The translations under genes were made by a program, and so were the position numbers. A stretch of 64,000 nt of DNA from the human T2T-CHM13v2.0 reference genome, Homo sapiens: assembly GCF_009914755.1 (NCBI RefSeq), contig NC_060925.1; one strand, given 5' to 3'. The notes beneath the pieces were generated by a model. That model had not been told where the DNA came from. It did not search any database and saw only the letters and a program-made list of their open reading frames with translations. This document shows, one piece after another, positions 43,800 through 57,219 of the stretch (the stretch's first letter is position 1; the number at the start of each line of letters is the position of its first letter).

Positions 43800-45770
43800 A
43801 GCAGGGGACTGAAATACATGACCAATTTCTGAAACTTCCTAGTGTGAAAATGTAATAAACTAAGCCTAAAACCTTTGTTAACAGGACAGAAATGGCCTCA
43901 GTCTCTCGGTACTGAAAAGATAAGGACCTAAAAGGTTAATAATTTGGAAAAACTGGAGGCTAATGCCCTAAAAAGACTTAACTGTGATTTATCAGGACTT
44001 TGATTAAGGTCAAATTGAGAATCACCAAATCATCAATATACACTGACCCTGGTTCAGTCCCTTTTGGATCAAGGTTATTAGCCTTTGACGCTACCTGCCT
44101 AGAAGAGGTATAGACATATAATATCTAGAATTTAACTCTAAAATAATAAGTGGTACACAAAGAGTCAGGACAATGTTATTGGTAAGTGAGAGTAAAAAAG
44201 ACAAAGCAGATCACAAACAGAATCCAGGTATTAAGAGTTAGAAGATCTTTAAAGTAATTAGGATTAATTTGGTCAAGAAAATAGGTGAAAAGTTGGGCAA
44301 AATAGAGAAAGTTTAAGACTTGGAAAAATTGGTATCTATAAAAATGAATCAAGGAGACATTTTAGATCTAAAAAATATAATTATTAAAATCAATTACCTA
44401 ATATAATAAATGAATTTAACAGCAGATCAGAATCAGTAGAAGACAAGATTAGTGAACTATAAGGTTCATAGTAAATATCCACAATAAAATAGCAAATAGA
44501 ATGATAAAAATTGGAAAGAGCGCAAGAAACTTGCAGGACACAATCAAACGATCTAATAGAGGTAATTGAACACCCGAAGAGTAAGAAATAATAGTTAATA
44601 AGACATATTTGAAGAGATAATGAGCTAGAATGTCCCAAGCAATATAAGTCATGAATTTACAGATTCAAGATGCTCTGAATTGCTCCTCATCCTTTTGGCT
44701 ATGATTGAGTGAAGAAAGTCTGAGTACACCAAGCAGGTTAATACATAAAACTACATCTCAGAAGAGCAAAGAAAGAAGCCAGAGATAAATGACATTACCT
44801 TCAAAAGAACAAGAATAAGACTAACAACACACTTCTCAACAAAATGATGGAAGATATCAGATAATAGAATAGTGCCTTTAAAGTGTAGGAAGAAAAACAG
44901 CTGCCAAAGTAGACATCTATACCCAGGGAGAAAAAATTACTCACAAATTTAGTAGATACTAAAGACAATTAAAGATGACAAAAATTATCCACAGTAGGCC
45001 TGCACTAAAAAAAAAAAAAAAAAAAATACAGAGAATTTTCCATGCAAATGAGAAATTATCTAAAATGGAAACAGAATCCAAAAACAAAGATCACCAAAAA
45101 AGATAAGTAAGTAAATATAAAATAATATTACTATACAATAGTAGCAATATACTGTGGAGTCAAAAATAGATGTAGAATTAAAATGTGTAATATCAATAAC
45201 TTTAAAGAGGAAGGAATATAAATGGAATGCAAATGCTCTAATCTAGAATTATCAAAAAATTGGTAAAAAAAATTGTATTAGACTATAATAAAGAATACAT
45301 GTTTTGTACAGGGTAACTATTAAAAAAATAAGCACTCTATAAGTTAGAAATAAAAAAAGAACAAAACTATCTTATTGTCAAATAAAGTATGAAGGAGATA
45401 AAAAAAGAAATATAAACAGATTTATCAGATAGTATACAAATCCAACAATATCAAGTAATTAAATGATTACAGTAAGTAAATCAAAAGAAAAGTTAAATAA
45501 TATAAAACCTTCTTATATAAGAAACATACCTTAAATATAAGGATACAAGAAGGGTGAAAGTAAAAGGACGAAAAAGAAATACCAAGCAACATTATTCCAA
45601 AGAAAGTTGGTGTGACTATAAAATTGTCAGATAAACCACATTTGCAGACAAGAAGCTTTCCCAGAAACAAAGACATTTACAATAACAAATAGGTCAACAG
45701 ACAAGAACAAAACACTTTCTAAACCTATATGTATCCAATAACACACTTTCAGAATGTGCAAAGCATAACC
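43800..45770 (+). mobile_element. Old L1ME-like 5'/ORF1/inter-ORF/EN fragment
   Basis: ORF1-like motifs (gaatttaacagcagatcag...gattagtgaact; ttacagattcaag) and an EN start (aagaaagttggtgtgactataaaattgtcagat). Confidence 0.6.
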
Positions 45771-45997
45771 ACGACACATTATCAATTCACACCCTGTGGA
45801 ACACTAGTATTGGGAAAACAAAACAAAACAAAATAAAAATACAGTGTGCTAGCAAGGATGGGGAGAAATTAGAATTCTTAAACACTGATACTGGCACACT
45901 TTGAAATCTTTTTGGCATTATCTTCTGCAGATGAAGAGACAACTCCCTTATGCCTCAACTATTCCACTTTTAGGTATATTTCCAGCCAGAATACACA

Positions 45998-46700
45998 CAG
46001 TAGTACACCTAATCATCAGTTCCACTTCCCATGGTTTCAATAATCTGTGGTCAACAGTAGCCTAAAAAATATTAAATGGAAAATTCCAGAAATAAGTAAT
46101 TCATAAGTTTCATTCTGAGTAGCATGATAAAATCTTATGCTCCGTCTGCCCAGGACATGAATCATCCTTTTGTCCAGCATACCCACGCCGTATACACTAC
46201 TTGCCTATTTGTCACTAAGCAGCCATCTCAGCTATCAGATTGACTGTGGTAGTATTATAAAGCTTGCATTCAAGTTACCCTTAGTTTACTTAGCAATGGC
46301 CCCAAAGCACAATAGTGATGCTGGCCATTTGGATATGCCAAAGCAAATCAGTAAAGTGCTTCCTTTAAGTGAAAAGGTGAAAGTTCTTGACTTGGAAAGA
46401 AAAAAACATGGTTTCTGAGAGTGCTATAATCTATGGTAAGAACTAATCTTCTATTCCTGGGATTGTAAAGAAGAAAAAAAAGTTCATACTAGTTTTGCTG
46501 TCACACTTCAAACTATAAAAAGTTATGGCATGGTGCATGGTAAGTGCTTAGTTAAGTTGAGAAAGGCATTAAATTTGCAGGCAGAAGCCATGGATGGAAA
46601 CATGTTCTAACTGACAGAATGCAAGTTCAGTACATCTGTGGTTTCAGGCATCCACTAAGGGGTCTTGGAACATATCCCCTAAAGATAAGGAGGACTACTG
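45998..46700 (+). mobile_element. MER44 (Tigger7-derived) non-autonomous DNA transposon
   Basis: Termini cagtagt.../...actactg; carries the transposase N-terminus MAPK...MPK...KVLPLSEKVKVLDL. Confidence 0.88.
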
Positions 46701-46820
46701 TGTACATGTTCACCAAAGAATATACACAATATATTGTCTATGGTAGCACTATTAGTATTAGCCCAAAATTAAAAGTAGAATTGATTATGGTATTATTTTG
46801 GAAGAATACAAATGCAAAAG

Positions 46821-47038
46821 CAGGGGTTGGCAAACTTTTCTTGTGAAGGGCCAGGTAGGAAATACGTTCAGATTTGTATACTATGGGATCTCTGTCACAA
46901 TTCTCACCTCTGCTGTTGTAGTTTGAGATCAGTCATGGGTAACATGTATACAAATGAGTATATCCATACTGCAATAAAATTTTGTTTTTTAAAAAATAGC
47001 TAGAATTTGCCTGTGTGGCATAGTTTGTTGACTGCAGC
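46821..47038 (+). mobile_element. MER58A (hAT-Charlie)
   Basis: caggggttggcaaactttt...aagggccagg...catagtttgttgac. Confidence 0.8.
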
Positions 47039-47114
47039 TATACAGCAATGAAAATGAAGCACATGCATGTCACAAACATTAATCAAAAGAAATCAGATAC
47101 AAAAGAATAAATAT

Positions 47115-47374
47115 CACTTTGGGAGGCTGAGGCAGGTGGATCACAAGGTCAGAAGATCGAGACCATCCTGGCTAACATGGTGAAACCCCTTATCTATTAA
47201 AAATACAAAATAATTAGTCGGACGTGGTGGCCCGCCCCTGTAGTCCCAGCTACTGGGGAGGCTAAGGCAGGAGAATGGCATGAACCCCGGAGGCAGAGCT
47301 TGCAGTGAGCCAAGACTGTGCCACTGTACTCCAGCCTGGGTGACAGAGCGAGACTCCATCTCAAAAAAAAAAAA
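47115..47374 (+). mobile_element. AluY-like element, 5'-truncated by ~34 nt
   Basis: gatcgagaccatcctggctaac and gcagagcttgcagtgagc diagnostics; perfect 14-bp TSD aaaagaataaatat (47101-47114 / 47375-47388). Confidence 0.93.
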
Positions 47375-47599
47375 AAAAGAATAAATATGACTCAATTTAT
47401 AAAACATTCAAAAACAAACAAATTTATATTTTGTGAGATATTAGAAGAGCAGAGAGTGTAGTGACTGAAAAGAGGCACCAGAGACAATTCTAGGGTGCTA
47501 GTAATGTCAAGTCTATGACCTGGATGCTGTTCACACATGGGTCCACTTTGTGAAAACTCATTGTGCAATATAATTTAGAATAAAAGCAGACTATTCTGA

Positions 47600-48500
47600 A
47601 ATAAAAAATTTTAAAGGACCTAGAATAGTAGTACCAAATAATACATGGAAAGCATCTGTGACAAAATGAGGTGACAAGATATCTTCATGAACCCCAACGT
47701 ATGAGGAGGAACAAACCACCAGTAGTAATAAGATAAAGTTGGTATCTGCATCTGTGGAGGAGAGCTCAGAGGAAAACAGGAGGCATCTAATAAACCTGAT
47801 AACTTCAAAATAACAAAAAAATGCTCACTCAAAAATATCAGTGGTTTAATTTAAGAACAGCAACAGAAATTGGGAGAGGTTTTTGATTTTTGTGTGATGA
47901 AATGTACAAGATGAGTCTGGGACTCATCTATGTGGCCTACTAGGGCCACATAAAAAGATTTGCAAGACATAAAGACATGAAGAGTTTCCCATTGGCCAAA
48001 GTTGAGCTTATTTGGGAACCAATAGTAACTGAAATACAACAAAACACATCAATATGTTCAAATCCATGAGTTCACAATTATCTAAAAAAAAGGAAAACTA
48101 ACTGGTCACCTTTGGAGAATGTTAAAGAACAAAATATTATGAACACTAGAAAATGAAGGGATGAATGAACAATGACATTAAGTAACAAAACAGATGAAGC
48201 GGAATGAGGAGTAGAAGGACAGATAAGAAAATTCAATACTTTTGTAACGCCTATGTAATGCATCTTTGCATTGGATTTGCCAGAGAGAGAGGGAAGGAAA
48301 GTAGAGATGGAGAGAATATGAATCAGATATTAAGTAACTGCCAATGAAAGACACAATATGACTTCTGAAATAAAAACTGAACTTGATTAAGCCTCTAGAT
48401 CTCAATTTAAAGGTACCAATTTAGAGAAAATACTGCAGATAACAATGGAACATGCTTATGCCACAGAAGTCGTATCATCAAAATCTTATGGAAAAATTAT
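47600..48500 (+). mobile_element. L1MC4/5-like 3' end fragment
   Basis: atgtttaaatccatgagttc-like and aactggtcacctttggag motifs. Confidence 0.5.
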
Positions 48501-48955
48501 ACGGGAATACAAATACAAAAGCAGGGGTTGGCAAACATTGTTAAGTCAGAAGAGGAATAAATAAAATTAACATGTTCATTTATGTTATACTTTAGTAAGA
48601 ATACTTGTTTTAATCTTTGAAGTTACCATCAAAGGAACAGGAAAGAAAATCCCCAGTTAATAACAGTAGAAAAATTAAATAACAATATAACTCAACCCAA
48701 AAGAGGATAAAAGGAAATAAAGAATATAGAACAGGTAGTGCAAATAGAAAACAATAGGTTTATACCCAAATATATCAGTAGGAATGTAAGAAAGGAACAG
48801 ACTGACTACTACAATTAAAACACCATGATTTCCACACTGTATAAAAAAGTCAATATACGCTATGAAAAATCCCTGTTAAATAAACAAAAATGTTAAAAGT
48901 GTAAGTATGAAAGAAGATATTTCTTGCAAAACACTAACCACATAAAGCTATTTTA

Positions 48956-49062
48956 GTGCTCACTTTGGCAGTACATATACTAACATTGGAAGGATACATA
49001 GAAGATTAGCATAGCCCCTGCACAAGGATGACACACAAATTTACGAAGCATTCTATATTTTT
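48956..49062 (+). pseudogene. U6 snRNA pseudogene, full length (107 nt), 5' part of a U6/L1 chimera
   Basis: gtgctcactttggcagtacatatactaacattggaaggatacatagaagattagcatagcccctgcacaaggatgacacacaaatttacgaagcattctatattttt aligns end to end with U6. The ACAGAG box is mutated (ACATAG). Confidence 0.95.
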
Positions 49063-52000
49063 CAGACAAGCAAGTGCTGAGGGAATTCATTACCACCAGA
49101 CCTGCCTTACAAGAGCTCCTGCAGGAAGCCCTAAATATGGAAAGGAAACACAATTACCAGCTATTACAAAAACACACTGAATGAAGCTCACAGACCAGTG
49201 ACTCTATAAAGGAACCACATAGTCTGCGAGATAAGCAGCTAACACCATGATGTCAGGATCAAATACACACATATAAACACTAAACTTAAATCTAAATGGG
49301 CTAAGTGCCCCGATTAAAAGACAGATAGGCAAGCTGGATAAAGAACCAAGACTTGTTGGTATGCTGTCTTCAAGAGACCCAAGAGACATGCAGTGACACA
49401 CATAGGCTTAAAATAAAGGGATGGAGAAAAATCTACAAAGCAAATGGAAAACAGAAATCGGGATTGCGATTCTAGTTTCTAACAAAACAGACTTTAAACC
49501 AACAAAGATAAAGAAAGACAAAGAAGGGCATTACATAATGGTAAAGGGGACAATTCAACAAGAAGATCTACCTATCCTAAATACATATGCACCCAACACA
49601 GGAGCACGCAGATTTATAAAGCAAGTTCTTAGAGGCCTTCAAAGAGACTTAGACTCCCACAAAATAACAGTAAGAGACTTTGACACCCCACTGACAATAT
49701 GAGACAGATCGAGACAGAAAATCAACAAAGATATTCAGGACCTGAACTCAGTTCTGGATCAAATGGACCTGACAGATATCTACAGAACTCTACTCCCAAA
49801 AACAACAGAATATACATTCTTCTCATCGCCACCTAGCACATATTCTAAAATTCATCACATAATCAGAAGTAAAACACTCATCAGGAAATGCAAAAGAACT
49901 GAAATCTTAACAATCTCTCAGACCACAACACAACCCATTCAAACAGATACAATTACATAGAAATTGAACAAACTGCTCCTGAATGACTTTTGGCTAAATG
50001 ATGAAATTAAAGCAGAAACCAAGAAGTTCTTTGAAACTAATGAGAACAAAGATACAACATATCAGAATCACTGGGACACAGCTAAGGCAGTGTTAATAGG
50101 TAAATTTATAGAACTAGATGCCCACATCAAAAAGTTAGAAAGATCTCAAATTTTAAAACAACATAACATCACAACTAAAAGAAGTAGAGAACCAAGAGCA
50201 AGCAATTCCCAAAGCAGGCAGAAGACAAGAAATAACCAAAATCAGAGCTGAACTGAAAGTGATTGACACGAAAAACCATTCAAAAGATCAACAAATCCAG
50301 GAGCTGTTTTTCTGAAAAATTAACAAAATAAATAGAGTGCTAGCTAGACTAATAAAGAAGAAAAGAGACATCAAATAAACACAATCCTAGAAACAACAAG
50401 GGGATATTACCACTGACCCCACAGAAATGAAAACAACCATCAGACAATATTATGAACACCTCTATGCACATAAACTTGAAAATAAAGAAGAAATAGATAA
50501 ATTCTTAGATACAAACACCCTTCTAAGACTGAACAGGAAGAAACTGAATCCCTGAACAGACCAATGACATGTTCTGAAATTGAAGAAGTAATAAATAGCC
50601 TACTAACAACAACAAAAAACCTCAGGCCAGATGGATTCACAGTTGAATTCTACCAGATGTACAAAGAAGAGATGGTACTATTCTTACTGAAACTATTCCA
50701 CAAATTTGAGGATGAGGAACTACTCTCTAACTCATTTTATGAGACCACAGCCTCATCCTGATGTCAAAACCTGGAAGACATAAAACTTCAGGCCAATGCT
50801 TGATGAACATCAAGGCAAAAATCCTCAACAAAATACTAGAAAACTGAATCCAGCAGCTCATCAAAAAGCTTAGCCGCCACATTCAAGTAGACTTTATCCA
50901 GAAGGTGCAAGGTTGGTTCAACATTACACAAATCAAAAAATGTGATTCATCACATAAACAGAAAGACAAAAACCACATGATTATCTCAATAGATACAGAA
51001 AAGGCTTTTGATAAAATTCAACATTTCTTCCTGTTAAAACTCTCAATAAACTAAGCATTAGAGGAACATAACTCAAAATAATAAAAGCCATATACAACAA
51101 ACTGACAGTCAACATCATACTGAATGGGGAAAAGCTAGAAGCATTCCCCTTGAAAACAGCACAAGACAAGATGACCTCTCTCATCACTCTTATTCAACAT
51201 AGGATTGGAAATCCTGGACGGAGCAATCAGACGAGAGAAAGACATGAAAATAGAAGAGAGGAAGTCAAATCATCCCTGTTTGCAGATTATATGATCTTAT
51301 ATTGAGAAAACCCCATAATCTCAGCCCAAAGCTTCTTAAGCTGAAAAATAACTTGAGCAAAATCTCAGGGGATACAAAATCCATGTTCAAAAATCACTAG
51401 CATTCCTATACACCAACAATAGTCAAGCTGAGGGCCAAGTCAGGAATATAATACCCTTCACAACTGCCACAAAAAGAATAAAATATCTAGGGATACAGCT
51501 AACCAGGGAGGTGAAAGATCTCTACAAGGAGAACTACAAAACACTGCTCAGAGAAATAGGAAAAGACACAAACAAATGGAAAAACATCCCATGCTCATGG
51601 ATAGGAAAAATCAACATATCCTTAAAATGGCCATACTGTCCAAAGCAATTTATATATTCAATGCTATTCCTATTAAACTACTATTGAGATTCTTCACAGA
51701 AATAGAAAAAATTTTAAAATTCATATTAAACCAAAAAGGAGCCTGAAGAGCCAAGGCAAACCTAAGCAAAAAGAACAAAGTCAGAGGTAACATGCTACAC
51801 AACTTCAAACTATACTACAGGGCTACACTAACCAAAATAGCATGGTAGTGGTACAAAAACAGACACATAGACCAATGGAACAGAACAGAGAACCCAGAAA
51901 TAAGGCCACACACCTACAACTAACTGATTTTTGACACATCTGAGAAAAACAAGCAATGGGGAAGGGATTCACTATTCAATAAATGGTGCTGCGATGACTG

Positions 52001-52149
52001 GCAAGCCAAATGCAGAAGGCTGAAAGTTGGGGAAAACACCATATACAAAAAGTAACTCAAGAAGAATTAAAGACTTAAATATAAAACCCAAAAATATAAA
52101 AACCCTGGAAGATAACCTAGGCAATACCATTCACTACATAGGTACGGGC
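49063..52149 (+). mobile_element. Older L1PA (L1PA8-13-like), from the end of ORF1 to late ORF2, fused to U6; 3' end missing
   Basis: Begins cagacaagcaagtgctgagggaattc (ORF1 end); ORF2 fragments at 49421-50761; stops at ...cataggtacgggc. Confidence 0.88.
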
Positions 52150-52340
52150 CTATGTATATATAATGCATTATATATACACATATAATATATATGTATATAT
52201 AATGTATATATAATATAATATATATATTATTAATGTATATATGTATATATAATGTATATATAATGTATTAAATTAATTATAGTAATTAATTATATAATTA
52301 ATTTAAGTACAGTTAAAATATAAAAGTATATATTTTAACT
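52150..52340. repeat. AT-rich low-complexity tract with palindromic segments
   Basis: (TA)-rich sequence including ttaaattaattata...tataattaatttaa. Confidence 0.9.
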
Positions 52341-52344
52341 TTGC

Positions 52345-52891
52345 TAAAAAATAAGAATAGTTAAACAATAACCCATAATTGCTTGCTTAGCTTGCTTTTC
52401 TGTAGTGCTTACTATCCCAGAGTCATGTAACTGGAGGTTTTAAGATTTATAACTTTTCCAACTGCTCCTGTAGGTAACATCACTATTGTGAAACCTAAAG
52501 AACTTTTAAGTATTTTTCAGATTTAGAATTTTGGCAGACCAAGAGATGCCACCTGGACTTGTGATCCACACCAAGGAACTGACTCAATTAGTCCTGCAAC
52601 CCCTCCCTGGAACTAACTCACTAACTCAGCTGCAGGAAGATTGTCTCAACACTCCTGTGACTTCATCCCTAGCTAATAAATTGCCTCAGTTTTCCAGCCC
52701 CCTGACCACCAAAGCATCCTTAAAAACCCTAGCCTCTGAATTCTCAGAGAGGCAGATGTGAGAAATACCTCCCATCTCCTCACTTGACTGGCCCTGTTAT
52801 TATTAAATACTTTCTCCACTGCAACTCCTGCTTTTCTCAGTGTACTAGCTTTTGCGGGCAGTGGGCAAGAACAACCTACTGGGTGATTACA
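52345..52891 (+). mobile_element. ERV1 LTR, LTR8-family-like, 5' part apparently missing
   Basis: ctgctcctgtaggtaacatcactattgtg...ccttaaaaaccctagcctctgaattc...gcagtgggcaaga...gggtgattaca terminus. Confidence 0.7.
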
Positions 52892-53763
52892 ATTTCTCCA
52901 CCCAAGTTACTATTTGTCCTTTCCATGCACTACTCATTAGAAGCAAGTCACTAAGTCCAGTGTCACTCCAGTACTCACCCAAGGGGACAGAAAGCAAGCT
53001 CTACTTCCTGTAGGGGGTACAACATTCATAATCATTTATTTAGAATTCTGGAATGGAGATTTGTCCATTCTCACTATTAGTTATTCATTGTTTCATTTAC
53101 ATCAGTATGGACTCTTGGATATTTATTTTATTCTTTGAATTATAATCCAATTCTACAGTTTTGTATAATATTATTCCAATACTGATGACCAGAGGCTCAT
53201 TTAGATTGGCTTCTGTATCCTGTTGACATGCCCCCTCTCCCTCTCCATCACCTTTTTCAAGCAAATCTTCACTCTCTGCACTACAAGATGCTCCATGTTA
53301 ATCTTGTACTTTCCCTACCCCAGCCCCAGAATTAGCCATTGTTACAAGAGCACTAGCAACTTTCATTGGAAAAAGGTCTTTTAGAAACCAAGATCTGGGA
53401 TCTGGGTGTGCTCACTGCTATTGTCACTGCTTCTGCCCTTTTGAAGGGCAGAGCTAGGAAATATGTATGTATTCTAACTCAGGTATATATTCATATCTAT
53501 TTTTTTATTTCTGAATCAATCTATTTGTATATATTTTAAAATAAACATGAATTAAAGCTTATCTCAAACTCTAACCCAACATCACAGAGTTCATTCTAGC
53601 CTTCATCCTCCTGGCTTCTTTGTACATTCTTTTTCTGACAATGAGAAATCTACTGTCTTTATCTACAGTTTATTTACTTCTTGGTTCAACTCTAATGCAT
53701 GTGTAAAATATTTTCAGTATTGCTAATCCATATCCCTGTATGAAACACATTTATCTACTACAG

Positions 53764-54074
53764 CAGGGGTTATCAAACTCCTGGCACTTTGACTATTTTA
53801 CTATAAGAGCTAAGAATTGTATTTACATTTGTAAATGACTATAAAAATAGAATATTTTATGAAAATTCATGTGAAAATTACATGAAATTTACATTTTAGT
53901 GCACAATGATAAAATTTTTTTGGTACACAGAAATGCTCATTTGTTTACATACTGCATATGATTACTTTCTTGCTACAACCACACAGCTGAGTAGTTGTCA
54001 CAGGGATGCTATGACCTAAAAAGTAAAAAGTATTTAACATCTTACAGTCTACAGAAAAAGTTGGCTGACCACTG
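53764..54074 (-). mobile_element. MER58B (hAT-Charlie)
   Basis: caggggttatcaaact...cagctgagtagttgtcacag...acagaaaaagttggctgaccactg. Confidence 0.75.
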
Positions 54075-56738
54075 AACTAGAATATAGTGACTATGTAGTT
54101 CTTTTTGTCTTAGCCTTACCATATGCATTTAAAACATCATATTCCAAAGTTATTTAGGTCAGTTAATTTAAACATGTCTTACATTTTAATATTGTCATAT
54201 TCATCAATTATGATAGTCATTACATCCTTGGATGACACAACATCATGCTTTTTTCTTTTAATTTTCATATAGTAAAGTTAACTCTGATGTACATATCTAT
54301 GAGTTTTGACAAATGCATAAAGTTATTTATTGATCACTCCCATACCAATCATAACAGTTCCTGAAACCTAAAAATTTCCCTGTCAGGCTGGTCTCTTTTG
54401 TAGTCAACATCTTCTGTCCCCCTCCTTACAAATTTTGTTACTTCAATAATGTCATATAAATAAAATCATACATGTAGCTTTGGGGATCTGGCTTCTTTCA
54501 CTTAAGCTGTATTTAAGATTCATCATGTTGTGTGAATTAATAGATCATTCTTTTTTATTGTTGAGTAGTATTCCATTGAAGACAGACATGCCATAGTTTG
54601 TTCACCATTCACCAATGAAGGGCATCTCTGTTGCCTCCACCTTTTGGCAACCATAAAGTTTCTATAAATATTTGTGTACAAATTTTGGTGTGAACATAAA
54701 TTTTCAGTGCATTTGGATAAAGACCTAGGAGTAGGATTGCCAGGTCATATGATAAGTATATGTTTAATTTTATTTAAAACTGTCTTATATAGTGGCTATA
54801 CCATTGGTATTCCCACCAGCATGAAATGGGAGTTCCTATTATTCCACATCCTTGTCAGCATAATTTTGTTGTTGTTTTTGGGTGTATGGTGGTATATCAT
54901 TATGGTTTTAATTTGCACTTCCATTATGAGTTGAGCATGTTTTAATGTGTTCTTTTGGTGAAGTGCCTGTTCAGATCTTTTGCCCATTATTTAATTTGGT
55001 TATTTATTTTTTTTGTTAAGTTTGGATAGTTGTTTTGTGCTTTTCTTTCTTTTTTTTTTTTCCTAACTCTGGATACAAGTCCTAACTCATATATGTGATT
55101 TTAAAATATTTTCATCCAACTTGTGGCCTTTTTTCTTTCTCTTAATAGTGACTTCCACAGAGCAAATTAAATCCAATTTATCAGTTTTTTTAACTTTATG
55201 GATGTTGTGCTTGCTATCATATAAAAACTCATTGCCGAAATTAAATTACACAGATTTTCTACTATGTTTTCCTCTAGAAGTTTTACAGTTTTACATTGAA
55301 GATCTATGATCTATTTTGAATTACACGCCAAGGGGCTTTTAAAAAAAATCTAGAACCATTTGTTTAAAAGATAACAAAAACAAAGTCGACATTTAATTGG
55401 CTTTACACTTTTGTCAAAATCAGTTGACAGTATTTACGTGGGTCTATTTCTGGAATCTTTATTCTATTCCTTTGATATATGTGTCCATAATTTAATCAAT
55501 ATAACACAATCTTCATTACTGTGCTTTATTGCAAAAATCTTAAAATTAGGCAGTGAGTCCTCCAGCTTTGTTTGTTTCAGATCGTTTTGATTTTTCAAGT
55601 TTCTTTGCCTTTCATACACATTGTTGAATAAGCTTGTCAATATCTACTAAAAACATGTGCTGGAATTTTGATTAAGATTGCATAAAATCTAGACATCAAA
55701 TTGAGATTCAAATATTGAATCCTCCTGTCCATGAACATGATATGTCAACTCTACTTATTTCTCTCTTCCTTGATTTCTTTCAGTAGTGTCTTCTAGTTCT
55801 CAGCATACAGATCCTACACATATTGTTAGAATTTTAGCTAAGCACTTAAATTCCTGCTGCTATTGTAAATGGCATAGATCTTATAACTTAAAATTTCAAT
55901 TGCTCATTGCTGGTATATAGAAAAAAAATTGACTTTCCTTCTTTCTGTGACCATGCTCAACTCACTATTTCTATGAGCTTTTCTCTAGATCCTTTAGAGT
56001 TTTCTACATAAATAATCATATCTTCTGCAAATACAGTTACGTTTCTTCCTTTCTAATCTGTATGACTTTTATTTTACTTGCCTTATTACATTGCCTAAGA
56101 TTTTCAGTATGACGCTAAAGAAAACAATGCTTTGTTTCCGAACTTTGAGAAAAAGTAATCAGTCTTTCACCAGTGAGCATAATGTTAGCTATAGGTTTTC
56201 AACAGATGCTCAAAGGAAGTTCACTTCTACTCCCACTTTACTAAGAGTTTTTATCATGAATGGAGTTTAATTTTATTGAATCCTTTTTTGGGTCTGCTGA
56301 AACTACATATAAGAAATATGCTTTTTCTTAATCATTTACTAGGATAAATTTATACTGCATTTCTGCAATAAGTCCACTTAATTGTGATGTATTTTCATTT
56401 TTATATACAGATGGATTTAATTTGCTAATATGTTGTTGGGAATTTTTGTATATACATTCATGAGGGCCATTGGTCTACATTTTTCTTTGCTTGTAATGTT
56501 GATGTCTGGTTATAGCATTACAGTAAATATTGACTTCATAAAATGACCTGGGAAGTTTTCCTTCTTCTATTTTCAGGGATGTGCAAGACTGGTATTGTGT
56601 TCTCCTTAAATTTTGTTTGGATTCACCAGAGAAACCATCTGGGCCTAGGGCTCTCTCCTTGAAAAAGTTCTTAACTACAAATTCAATTTCTTTAATAGAT
56701 ATACAACCAGTAATATTATTTCATCTTCAGTTAGTTAT

Positions 56739-57094
56739 TGTATTAGTCCATTTTCATGCTGCTGATAAAGACATACCTGAGAATGGGCAATTTACAAAAG
56801 AAAGAGGTATAATTGGACTTACAGTTCCACGTGGCTGGGGAAGCCTCACAATCATGGTTAAAGCCAATAGGGAGCAAGTCACATCTTACATGGATGGCAG
56901 CAAGAAAAGAGAGATCTTATGCAGAGGAACTCCTCTTTTAAAAACCATCAGACCTCATGAGACTTATTCACTATCAAGAGAACAGCCACAGGAAAGACTT
57001 GCCCCCATGATTCAATTACCTCCCACAGGGTCCCTCCCACAACACATGGGAATTCAAGATGAGACTTGAGTGGGCACACAGCCAAACCATATCA
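56739..57094 (-). mobile_element. THE1B (MaLR) solo LTR
   Basis: tgtattagtccattttcatgctgctgataaagacatacc...cacagccaaaccatatca; 5-bp TSD gttat/tttat. Confidence 0.93.
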
Positions 57095-57219
57095 TTTATA
57101 GTAGTTTGTATTTTTCCAGGATTTGGCCCATTTCATTGATCAAAGTTTCAACAGCAAAACCTCATGAAAAGCTTTCATCAAAACTTCACAATCAAAATTT
57201 CATCAAAGTTTTAACATCA

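Larger units (their letters stand above)
52892..57137 (-). mobile_element. L1MC/MD-like ORF2 3' half and long 3'UTR
   Basis: Minus-strand ORF 54796-54987 (EVQIKTIMIYHHTP) is the ORF2 C-terminus; interrupted by MER58B and THE1B. Confidence 0.7.

Noticed and set aside
48956-49062. Functional U6 gene
   Set aside because: Many substitutions including the ACAGAG box, no recognisable PSE/TATA upstream, and fused to L1.
56581-57069. 162-aa plus-strand ORF
   Set aside because: Chance read-through across antisense L1 and the THE1B LTR.
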